DNA of 62,901 nucleotides, filler included, from Catajapyx aquilonaris (Eukaryota), in assembly GCA_000934665.2 (NCBI GenBank). It is 4 parts of 4 records of this genome, joined end to end, with 100 filler letters (N's around TTAATTAATTAA, not from the genome) between each part and the next. Parts side by side here need not be neighbours in the genome. Positions count along the whole stretch, not along the records: positions 31,474 to 47,102 come from JYFJ02007442.1; positions 47,203 to 62,901 come from JYFJ02007443.1; 2 more parts are not named here. One strand, 5' to 3'. Positions 39,430-50,800 of this stretch are shown one piece after another (the first letter of the stretch is position 1; each line of letters begins with the position of its first letter). The notes below the pieces were generated by a model that saw only the letters and a program-made list of their open reading frames with translations, had not been told where the DNA came from and did not search any database. Made by a program: the position numbers and the translations under genes.

Positions 39430-40900
39430 TTTAGCAGGTGGTCAAGGGAATAGTTGAAACATTGGGTTGGTAACCTGGGGGGTTCCATCTTTAGTATTGT
39501 GGTTAAACATTCGAGGAAGGACTTGACCACTATTAAGCCCAAAGGCCGGTGGCCTGTCTCATATATGACAAAATAGCAAGCGGTATTACAATAGGCGATA
39601 AAACTACTTGAAGAAATGTGACTGAACAAGCTCCAGATTGGTAAGAGTATTGATCCCCAGACCTGTGCTTTACACAAAGCCACCAGGGTATTTCCACCTC
39701 GAATAACTGCAAAGCCACTCCTAGGTTCCTAGGGGGACCAAAGGATGTTAATGGCAAAGGAGGAGGCACAAAATATATGGGCGAGTGGCCTTCCGGTCGA
39801 TTTGCCTGAAAATTGGATATGTTATGGGCTTATGGCCCAGACCATCCTGATCAATGTTAGATAGGGACATTACGAGGTAGGACCTACAGGGAGCATGCTA
39901 TTGACCTCCGAAGGTCATATGGGATATGCTCTGGTTTTCCGTTTGATTTGGCTGAAAATTTGATATGTTGCAGCCCAGACCATCCTGATCAATGTTGGAT
40001 AGGGACATTTCGAGGTAGGACCTACAGGGAGCATGATAATTGCTATTCATCGAAGAGGCTAGAAGACTGCTGTGAGAGAAACCTCGCTTCCTTACATTGA
40101 CCCAATGAATGTTGAAGTGCAGCTGGAGGAAACTCCAGATGACAACCTTCAAGGAGTAGAATTTGAACCAGATGAATAGGTAATAAAGATTAATAGATAA
40201 TTTAATGCAATAACCATTGAGTTCCTGAGACTTATTGTAGTCTACTACTCCCCCCTATTACCTGCGGAGGTCATTAGCATGCTCCCTGTAGGTCCTACCT
40301 CGAAATGTCCCTGTCCAACATTGATCAGGATGGTCTGGGCTGCAACATATCAAATTTTCAGCCAAATCGAATGGAAAACCAGAGCATATCCCATATGACC
40401 TTCGGAGGTCAATAGCACGCTCCCTGTTGGTCCTACCTCGAAATGTCCCTATCTAACATTGATCAGGATGGTCTGGGCCACAACATATCCAATTTTCAGG
40501 CAAATCGAACGGAAGGCCACTCGCCCATATATTTTGTGCCTCATCCTTTGGTTGAATTGACTTTGTTATCCAATCCAGATTTGAAGTTGGCAGCAGCAGA
40601 AAAAAAAGGACACTTACATATTTATAATGCCTGACAACCTCAACATGTTGATCGGCCCACAACGTGGGATTGGGACTGTTCGTGCCTCTACTGAAAATTA
40701 TTATTTGGGTCTTCTTAAGATTGATGGTCAAATACAACTTATAGGAAAACCAGAGTTTAAAATATTTTAAGTCTGTCATGAAAAGGTTAAAGATAATGGG
40801 TGACATTGAGTCACCCTGCAAGACGCGAATCTGTATCAGAATACCATCCGCTAGCCCCAGGTCCTGGGGGATAATGCAAGCTGATCCATACATAGATTGC
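39430..40900 (-). pseudogene. Decayed non-LTR retrotransposon reverse-transcriptase fragment, interrupted by the 39755-40550 fold-back
   Basis: Motifs VLQGDSMSPIIFNLFM, LTINLKKTQIIIF and VEVVRHYKYV (ORF 40453-40893). The YADD region is missing. Post-RT LFE...VWG-like remnants resume at about 39600-39750. Confidence 0.75.
39755..40550. mobile_element. Fold-back element with CAAAGG...CCTTTG ends and internally duplicated arms
   Basis: Arms 39755-40040 and 40272-40550 are inverted, each with two ~110-bp subrepeats; second copy at 31474-31885. Confidence 0.8.
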
Positions 40901-41412
40901 AGCAGCCTTAAAATTTGGTACCAGTGCCCAGGTCATTACGTTATTCATAAAGCAACACAAGAGGGACACTATTGAAACCACGGGAGTGAATCATAAAAAA
41001 TGCATACAGTTAACCCATAGCATAGGCTTGGACAGATATTTTTGTATCAGAATTGATAGGGTGAAAATGTGATCCAGGAATTCTTACTATGGGCAAGGAT
41101 TGCCCTGCGAAATAATACTTTTTATTTTTTTCTGCACAGTTTCATGTGTTTCTAATGTATTTCGATACGCTGAGTTCAGAAATGCGGAGCTTTTTCCTCT
41201 ATCACGTCAAGTTTTTCCACAAAGTGAGGATAAAGATTCAGGAAAATCACACAGAAAAGTATAGCAGGCTGGTTCCATTTCAATCCAGATGGAGGGTGCC
41301 CAGTCAGGGTCTTCGATTTATTTTGTTAAAAATATATGTGAAACCCACATCCAATTGAACCCTTATGGAGCAATCAGTTTTACGAGATTAAATTTAGTTA
41401 TCGAGATATTAA

Positions 41413-41568
41413 CCCTGTAATGCCCCTTGGGTCATATCTGGCACACCATTTAGTGCAATTTGGCACACTTACAGAAAATATAAAAATTGCAAAAGTTGCA
41501 AAAATTGCACTAAATGGTGTGCCAGATATGACCCAGTGGGCATTACTTAGATTAGTGGCATTACAGGG
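41413..41568. mobile_element. piggyBac-like MITE, 156 bp
   Basis: TTAA|CCCTGTAATGCC...GGCATTACAGGG|TTAA; paralogous empty site at 15914-15917. Confidence 0.92.
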
Positions 41569-41921
41569 TTAATATTTCTTTCAAGGGGTACCAAAATAAC
41601 CTTCACGGGAAGTGCACTTTTTCCATTGCTTTCAATGAGTATAATTCGGGAACTGTTCTGAAAACCAACATGAAATTTTAAACTCATGCTTTTGGAAGAA
41701 CACACTGTCATTTAATGCATAAATTTACCTCATTTAATGGTACAGTCACCTGCAAAAAAATCTCAAATATTGCATATTTTGGTCAAAATTCGCATATTTC
41801 GCAATTTATTACGGCGTTATGGTAAACGTGACGGTTATGCCGATTATATTTTGTGATATGCTCGGTGACCCCTTAAAGGTTATGCAATAAAACCTTTGCT
41901 ATTGTCGGATTCAAAGCTTGA

Positions 41922-43945
41922 CGGAGTTCCTGGGTTTTCCCCAACCACCCAAATCCTCCAGCCCCTACCCCACCACCTCCAAAATGTGACAATTTCTTCC
42001 GAGACTAATCCGCAAAAGGGTTCGTATTGGGCCAGGCCAGAAACCGGTGTTGCCTAGGTTCCGATTCGGCTGATCATGTGTCACTAGAGTGGTCACGTGG
42101 CCTAATTATTTAAGAAAATATTTAGTCTTTTGTACACCCGACAACAAAGCACGACCAGTGCTGTGTGCGCCATTCGTGCAGTGAGCATGATGGCTTGTGT
42201 TCCGCAAGTATTGATGGAGTTGAACGACACCAATACTCCTCCATCAACTCCTACAAAAACAAATCGGTTGGCGGTCATCGGAAGAGGGGGGAAAATTAGG
42301 CGGCAAACAAGAGCCTTGGTGCTTAATGTGCGTATGTACATGGAAAGAGTGATTCAAGACGGGGGGACACTCCCAAGCAAGGACGTTGCGAAAGAAACAT
42401 CGGAGGCAACCTTTGTGTCGCAGAGTACTATATACAAATTAGCAAGCAGTGCTGAAAGTGCAAGTTTCCGGACTCCCACAAAACAAGAAGTACACAGAGT
42501 GAAAGCAGCCTTCGACCTCATAGACGACTTCACACGTGACTTACTGCGAAGAAGTGTTTATGATTCATTTCTGAAGAATCAAGCCCCTACGATTGCTTCC
42601 CTGTTGACGGAGATGCGAGAAAGGACGGTGGGAACACCATATCCCTTTCCTTATGGCGAAACCACTTTGCTACGGTTGCTGAAGTCCATGGGTTTCTCAT
42701 ACAAGAAGAGCCGTCGCATCAATGGCCGAGCAGAATCGCAGGAGATAGTGAGCTGGCGATACAGGTACATTGAATCTACTATATCTTTGGGAGTTATGAG
42801 GGGTTTAAATTTATAGCCAATTCCAACACTGGAAGTAAATATGGTTATATTTGACTGCTTGCTTGTCACAGGTACATTGAAGAAATAAGAATGTGGCGAT
42901 CGATGGGCTATAATGATTTATATCTGGATGAAACGTGGTTCGACACACATACCGGCGTAATGAAGTGCTGGTCAGACGATACGTCCAACACTGCCCTCCC
43001 AATTCCTGGTGGAAAGGGTGATCGAATTGTCATTCTCCATTGTGGAGGACGAGGAGGATTTGTTGATGAGGCACTCTTCGTCACTCACAAAAATATGATG
43101 CATGCTCCGGCAGACTACCACGGCTCTATGAATGCTCAACTCTTTGAGGAGTGAACATGAACTTCTGCCCAAGTTGGAAGAGCCGACTGTAATCGTAATG
43201 GACAATGCCAGTTACCACAGCCGCATCCAAAATCCGAGGCCAACAATGGCATGGAAGAAGGAGGACCTCGTCAGATACTTGGAACAAAATGGTATCCCCC
43301 ACCCGCTTCCTCCTGTGACGAAACCGCGTCTGCTGCTAGCCGCCCACAACCATGGCATTCCGAAAAAGAGGTATATCGTTGATGACTTGGCCCAGAGCTT
43401 TGGACATGTTGTAGTGTGCCTGCCCCCTTATCATTGTATTCTCAATCCAATTGAAATGGTTTGGTCTGAAGTGAAACGGCGAGTGGCTTCACATAATGTT
43501 AAGAGACAATCGGCAGCCAACGTCGTGGCCATTCTTGAGGCCAGTTTGAAAGAGGTGACGCCAGAGAAGTGGGGCAATTATCTTTCGCATGTAATGAGCA
43601 TAGAAGACGATTACTTGCGGTTGCAACCAGTGTTTGACAGTCCCCGCCTGCCCATTGTGATTCATGGAGTACATGACACTAGCTCAGAGGAAAGTTCAGA
43701 CGAAGAGGAGTGTACATATCAGGAATAAAGAAACCACGTTTATTAATAAGCTAACGTTCTTATTTTTTATAGTAGTCAATTCTTGTAAATTATTTATCTT
43801 ACAGGAGACGTACGGCACCATCGCATTTTAATCTCTTTCTTGAGAACCCTTTTGCGGATTAGTCTCAGAAGAAATGGTCACATTTTGGAGGTGGTGGGGT
43901 AGGGTCTGGAGGATTTGGGTGGTTGGGGAAAACCCAGGAGCTCCG
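41922..43945 (+). mobile_element. IS630/Tc1/mariner-group transposon of DD82E/Sailor type
   Basis: ~100-bp inverted repeats 41922-42023 / 43844-43945 bracket the transposase. True outer termini and TSD are not resolved and may extend to about 41100-44965. Confidence 0.8.
42187..43728 (+). pseudogene. DD83E transposase with one intron (42765-42871) and one frameshift near 43153
   Basis: HTH region ...LLRLLKSMGFSYKK; catalytic LYLDETW, VIVMDNASYH (D at 43201) and LNPIEMVW (E at 43453), 83 residues apart; LPPYHC motif. The frame breaks at FEE*/EHELLP. Confidence 0.88.
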
Positions 43946-44027
43946 CGTGTCGTTGAGATATGCGAGGTGGAAATATGGCAACAAGCGAAAACACGCATAT
44001 TTCAAAAATTATTTTCTCAAAAACCCC

Positions 44028-44059
<32 letters not shown>

Positions 44060-44991
44060 ACACGGACAGACAGGTTTTAAAACGAGGTAGTGTCAAAACA
44101 CGGTGCATATTTTTTGTAAGTGAGATACAATTTTTTTTCAGATGTCAAATTTCGTCATTGTGCTACAATATAGCACACTTCATATAAATATTTTCTCGAA
44201 GAAGCCATTTTAAATATTTAATCGTCATTTTTTGTATAACAAAGTAGCATGAGTTCTATTATAAAATTATATCACAATGGCATAATTTACTGGTACAGTC
44301 ATCTTCAAAAAAATCGCCAAAAGTGCTTGTTTTGTTGAAAATTCACTTAGTACGCAATTTATTATGGAGTTATTATTAAGGTTATACAAATGAAACCAAT
44401 TATATGTACAACTTAGTTAAAGGGCATGTTGTAAGGACAAATAATATCATTAATATCTGCATTCAAAGAAGAGGTACACCTGGTCAAAATATGGTCATAT
44501 GAGAAAACATGCCTGAAAGATACATTTTTTATTCAAAAATGCAATTTTTTATTTATTTAATTTTCTTTTGTGTAGATAATGACGCTTTGTGTATTGCAGA
44601 TAGTTTGAAGGGACTTGTTCAGCCTCGACCAGAATGTCCCCAAATCCAGCCCTTTTCGCACCTCCTTGTGATTTCCTTTGACAAAATCATGGTATTGTGC
44701 AATGTGGTTTAAATTTTATAAGCAGCATTAAGGAATAGTTGAGTACATCTGCGATTATTTTGACCAAGATCCGAGACAGTCTAGCAACATTTAGGCCCAC
44801 TTGGTTCGGAAAGACCCTTAGTAAATTGTTCCAAGTTTTAAAACGATATATCTCAAAAACTGTGGGTGATAGAAGATTTTGCGTATTTTTCCCGAAATCA
44901 GCATTATAAAATACAAAAGAAACACCTCTCACTTTCAAGAAAAAACTTTCATTGCAGGCCTGTGTTATTAGATGTTATTTGTTTTAGATAT

Positions 44992-45700
44992 ACCCGTGCT
45001 AGAGCCATAGGCTCTCTTAGGGGAGTGGATTACCACTATTGTGACCAGGTGGGTCAGTGTCTTAAGGGTGTTGCTAGTGTTAAGCCGAGACGTTCTTGTG
45101 TCAATAGGACCATGGACGTGGCTGAGGCTAGGGTTGTTTGTTTGGATAGGTGTAAATGGCGTAGGTTAATTAATGGGTAAATAGGTAAATATGTCTGAGG
45201 ATAAGGTGATGTCTGAGGTGGGCAGGGGTGGGGGGTGGGACAGGTTGTTTTTAGGTTTATTCTCATGAGTTTTATTAGTTCATATGTTGGGTTAGCTTGC
45301 GTCTCCCTTCATCCCTGACTACCCCTCATAGGGAAATGTCGTGATGTTGTTGTTGTTGTTGTTGTGCAGGGACTGGGTAGGGATAGGAGGGGGGGACACT
45401 GGTGCATGTGCAATGTCATCAAGTTGGGGGTCGTGTGCAGTCCCTCAGGGGGCCCCGTTCGCCAAGAGGACCCCCTGGATGCGAGTCAGACACTCCCCAC
45501 TGACCCGCACCTCCTCCAGGGCAGGGAAAGGAAGGAAGCGGCTGTGGCCTATTTTGCGGTACGATCCCGGAAATTTTTCCTGAGGAGACCTTGGGAAACC
45601 ACAGAAAACCAAGGTCCGGATTGCCGGCCTCCGAGATTCGAACCCACGACCTCCCGATTAGCAGTCGGACACCATATCCACTCCACCACTACTGCTTCGG
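44992..45700 (-). mobile_element. tRNA-derived SINE containing an antisense RTE-LINE 3' fragment
   Basis: Minus-strand tRNA-like head with B box GGTTCGAATC near 45640; 3' hairpin end at 44992. Plus strand 45050-45365 reads RSCVNRTMDVAEARVVCLDRCKWR (RTE-like C-terminus), followed by ...GGGAAATGTCGTGATG(TTG)n. Confidence 0.6.
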
Positions 45701-46186
45701 TAGATGTTATTTGTAAGAGAAATGGGATGGTAATTAGTGTACTATGTAGGGCAGTGTCGCCAGATTTACACAGTGTGTTTCTTACTAGCATGTCCAACAG
45801 CAGTCAGCATATTCCTTGGCCCAAAACAAGTCAAGAATGTAGGGGTGAGAAACGTCGAGGGAACAACCAGTATCTACGTAGATGATGACAAAGATTTAGG
45901 TTCCCCTGAGACAATGACATTTCTCATCCCGACGTTTTTCTTGTTTTGTGCCATACTACTAAGCACGGTCTTGGAAGAATAGGTCGGGGGCACTCGCCGC
46001 CATCTTGCATGCCATTATCCCTTCCCACATTGGTGTTCACTGGATCGTGCACTGCATCATATTCTGGCCATATTGGTATAGCTCTATGGGTAGGAATTGG
46101 CAGGAGAACGGTGGTAATGCAGAGTTGTACCAGGGTCGCTAATCGTTCTGATGCAGTGAGCAGTATTCCCGTGGGAATGCACTAGC

Positions 46187-46262
46187 GCCTGGGTGGGAAG
46201 AGATAGCCTGGGTGGGAAGAGATAGCCTGGGTGGGAAGAGATAGCCTGGGTGGGAAGAGATA
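46187..46262. repeat. 19-bp tandem repeat (GCCTGGGTGGGAAGAGATA)x4
   Basis: Directly visible. Confidence 0.92.
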
Positions 46263-47009
46263 ATGGCACAGCCTTTTCTATTGGCCTGGGATGGAAGTGA
46301 CCAGGGGCTGCTAGTAAGAAACACCCCCGTTAATTGGAACTATGCAAGAATTAGACCAGGCAGAAGGGATTTTTGACTAGGTGAGGATGTTTTGTAAAGA
46401 GCTAGAAGCATATGATGGAAAGTTTCTGGCAGGATTTGCTACACCTCATTAGGAATGGCATCCAGGCCATCGGCAGTCCCATGTTTTAGCCAACCAAAAG
46501 CTAATGCAGTCTAATGCACAATTGATGGCCCAGCTGTCAAGTTGGGCAACTGTGTTACAGCTGTTGTGGTAATATTTGGGGGATATAGTTTACGTAAGAA
46601 TTCATGCCAAATTAGTGGGTCAAGGGTGGGAGTGACACTCCTGGGATTAAAGCATTTCATTAGCTGTCAGAAGTAGGACAAAAAAGCGCCATTTTTTGAG
46701 GAGAAAAATTGGCGCTTTTTTGCTTCAGTTACGTTCTTGAATGACTTGGGGGTGTTGACGTATTGAACTGTATCCAAATCAGACTTAGAATAATTGTTCA
46801 TTTTTTGAGCAGAGCCATAACTTGGTTCCTTTGTGCCTTAGGATATGAGTCAAACCACAGGTTTCTGACTGGAGTTTTAACTTTCCTTGGTCACTTGTTC
46901 CGATTCCAAGGACTTGAAGAAAATGTCAGTGATTTTGTAAATACAACGCTTCTTCATGAGATGCTCTGGAGATGGCTGGACTAGTGACAAACACCCCTGT
47001 ATAAAGAAA

Positions 47010-47102
47010 TTAATAATAATAATAATAACAATAATAATAATAATAATAACAATAATACAACAACAACAACAACAACAACATCACGACATTTCCCTATGAG
47101 GG
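47010..47102 (-). mobile_element. RTE-type 3' tail with microsatellite at contig end
   Basis: CAACATCACGACATTTCCCTATGAGGG is the reverse complement of 45324-45350. Confidence 0.7.
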
Positions 47103-47202
47103 NNNNNNNNNNNNNNNNNNNNNNNNNNNNNNNNNNNNNNNNNNNNTTAATTAATTAANNNNNNNNNNNNNNNNNNNNNNNNNNNNNNNNNNNNNNNNNN
47201 NN
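47103..47202. other. Artificial scaffold spacer
   Basis: 44N-TTAATTAATTAA-44N. Confidence 0.95.
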
Positions 47203-47577
47203 TTGGAACTTGTTCTATTTCAAAATTCGAACGTGATTTCTAAGCAACGAGGTGATTATTTGGATTGTTAGGTGCAGGGTGGCAAGCTGCGTCGAATATA
47301 TCAGTTTCGAGTCCAAAATTAGTGCCTTAACCGCATACGACCTCATATTGGTCAGTTTTTAGATTTATAACTCTTAATTATGTGCCTCTTGATATTAAAT
47401 CAACACAGTTTATTGAAATTCATCTCGACAGCACTCGACGGTGCCGCCTAGTGGCGCCGCGTAGTGAGCCATCAGCAAAACACGTTGGCCAAACAACTGG
47501 CCAAAAAGTGGCGACGCTTGGAAACCGTTTTTTCCACTCTTCCTAGTATAAGCTCTTTGGGTGAGCACTACCCCAAC

Positions 47578-47578
47578 A

Positions 47579-47665
<87 letters not shown>
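47578..47665. repeat. (ATT)n microsatellite
   Basis: Directly visible. Confidence 0.97.
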
Positions 47666-47666
<1 letters not shown>

Positions 47667-47895
47667 TGGATAACCAGTTAACCACAAATGATGTGTGATA
47701 CGTGCTCAAACATGTATGTTGGCTGATGATGCCATTGTTACATAGATTTCATTATTGTAAACGCGTGTCTTAGCGACAGTCAATTGATAAAATTATTTTG
47801 GCCTGTACACAGTGTTTTCCGGTCATGTCTGGGCAATCCCTGATAATTTGTACATAACCACTAAAATTTGAGGCAAAAAACAGGAGAAAGCCGCT

Positions 47896-50800
47896 ATGGC
47901 TTTATTTGGACATCGATTCGAGGACGCGCCTTTCCACTCCACAGAACATCGCTTTCCTGTTGCCCGAGAGTCACCCAAAAATCCTACCACCTGGGCCGCC
48001 GTCTTAGGTGATCCCTATCTCAACGAACAGGTAAAGTCTCTCTCAAGCTACGCTCGCATAATATTGTGCGGGATGGCCCAGTGAGTATGTTGTGGTCCCC
48101 ATACATGTATGTCTGGTACCAAGTTTGTTTGGCTCTACGACGCGTGGTTGAAAAACTACAGGGTGTGAAATGTCCCAATTTTCGCGCCTTTTTGCTCCGT
48201 CCGCTGTCACTTATTTATTTCATTAGATAGCCATATCTCCTAGAAGGTCAGGTCAAATATAACATAATTATGATATGTCCATTCGAAGGGAAACTTGACG
48301 CTCTATGAGATCGTCATGTTCATTTTTAATAAATCCAAAAATTAAAAGTCAAAGATGGCGCCCAAAACTTTGATTTTGTTATTGATCATTAATCGACCCT
48401 TACGATTTCTTTTGAATTGTCACTTAAAATGACAATGGCAATATATACCGTATACTTGACACTTCCGAAAAATCTGAAGAACCCTTCGATTTTTGCCGGC
48501 AATAATAACTTTTTTGGTTCCAAACGAGTTATGGTCCTCCAAAAAATGAGGTGACTATAGCCTATTTACGGGCCGTTAATATATAGTCACCTCATTTGGA
48601 GGACCATAACTCGGAGAATGACAGGTCATATTTTATATTTGATGTGCCTCTGCGAAAGGGATTTTTATGCTCCAGGAGATTAAAATGGTTAATGGTTAAT
48701 GGTCTTACTCAAAATTGAAAAATCCAGAAACTTTACTCAAAGATGGCGACCAATTCTTGATTCTGATATTGATCAATAATCGACCCCTACGATTTCTTTT
48801 GAATGGCACTTAAAATGATCAGGGTAATGTTGACTTGAGGTTTCCGCAAAATCTGAAGAACCCTTTTTTGATATTTGCCAAATATAAAACCATTTTAGTT
48901 GTAAATGTAGTCACCTCAATTAGCAATAAAATAATCCAAATTTGTTGCGTTAAATATTCATATTGCGCATCATGAGGATACCTGATTCTAGCACTACATA
49001 TAATATAATAAATACCGATTTCGCTATTGCCTAGTAAAAAGATAATCCGCATAAAGTTAATACAGGCGCTTAAAAATTGACTCTTCTGTTAACTTTATGC
49101 GACTTATTTTTTTAGTGTGTCACTAAAATCGCTATTTATTATTACCAATGTAAAGTGCTAGAATATCGCTATTTATTATTACCAATGTAAAGTGCTAGAA
49201 TCCGGCATTCTCACGATGTGTAGCATGAATATTTAACGCAACACATTTGGGGTAATTTCATTCCTAATTGAGGTGGCTACTCTTACCCGGTACGTGTATT
49301 GCAACTACCTAGTAAAATGCTAAAAATGCTTTTATATTTGGCAAATATAAAAAGGGGTTCTCCAGATTTTTCGCAAATCTTAAGTAAACATTATCCTGAT
49401 CATTTTAAGTGCCATTCAAAAGAAATCGTAGAGGTTGATTATTATTATTGATCAATATCAAAATCAAAAAGTGGCCGCCATGTTTGATTTAAGTTTTTGG
49501 ATTTTTCAATTTTGACTAATAAGACCAGCTCCTGGAGCATCAAAATATCATTCGCATACGCATATCAAATACAGTATAAGATTTGTCCTGACCTTCTCCG
49601 AGTTATGGTCCTCCAAATGAGGTGTCTATATTTACGGGACGCGTTTATTTAGGAGTTTAATGAGATTATGAAATGGTCTGAAATGTGAATATCGCATTAC
49701 CACTAATGGAATAATTTCCAGGTTGAAATATAATTGAAGGGTTTCGTGCAAAAACCGGACAAGTCAACTTTTGGCCGAAAATGAGTTATGTGTGGTTCTG
49801 CCATCTTGTGGCCATTCTGCATCTTTTGGTACAAAAATCCGGCTGTCATGTAGTCCACTTAGGAAATATACCCCTCCGAAGGGTACAGAGTGCACACCGG
49901 GTGCGCTTTCGCCCTCTATAGGCTAGCGGGTGAAATTCCAAAAGTCACCTCCTAGACTTTTCGGAAACATGAAGTACGCACAAAAAAAAAAAATATTTTG
50001 GGCATGTCTGGTTCTCCTGCGGTGCAAAAACCAGACTTGTCCACGTTATACTCTACTGTAGAATGTGTAATATGCATCGTACAAACTTTATATTCTGGTG
50101 CCTGTTGACTTTGGTATCATCCTATTCAACAAAAAAAAAAAATCATTATAAACATTTTTGAAATTTTCCGAGAATTCAGTTTTCTTTGTTTTCTCGAAAT
50201 TAACAAAAGTGGACTTATCCTGTTTTTGCACAAAACCATTCAATTATTTGTATGGGAGTGTGACTGGAGAGCGGGGCTAGTTGTAACACTTTTTGTTTCC
50301 AAATTTTTATTTCCGAAAGAACTGCACGTACCGACAAGTTTCAAAGAAATTCCGTTGGTTTAAATCTGTGGCAACATGTCAATATTTAAATTATTGTAGT
50401 TTTAGTTCATTGTTGGGTAGTAAATCGTATTTCAAATGACCTCTGCAGCTGTTACAACCTGCCCCACCCACGGGGCAAGTTGTAACAGACTGTGGGGTAA
50501 GTTGTACCAGGCCACCAGGGTGTAAAAATATCAATAATGTCAATCTCAGGTGGCGAATTTTTAATTCAGGCTACTCTTCATCATTGGCTACGAGATTATT
50601 AAGAGACATCTCTTCAAAAACTTTCAATCCTGGCCTACATAGACGCGTCAGAATCACAATATACAGGGTGATCCAACTCTATGGCACCAATAGTTATTGG
50701 AAAAATCGCGCAAGCTGCTTGTTTATAAGCAGGTCGTTGCTAAGAGATGCTTTCCGGCTCTTTCTGGAGAATCGGGAATAGCACCTGCTGATATTATGTC

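Noticed and set aside
46187..46262. Short direct repeats as a CRISPR-like array (also 36111-36172, 56503-56625)
   Set aside because: Head-to-tail units with no unique spacers, no cas genes, eukaryotic context.
47410..47709. Poly-Ile/Tyr ORFs (also poly-Asn 59059-59271)
   Set aside because: Translations of (ATT)n/(AAT)n microsatellites.
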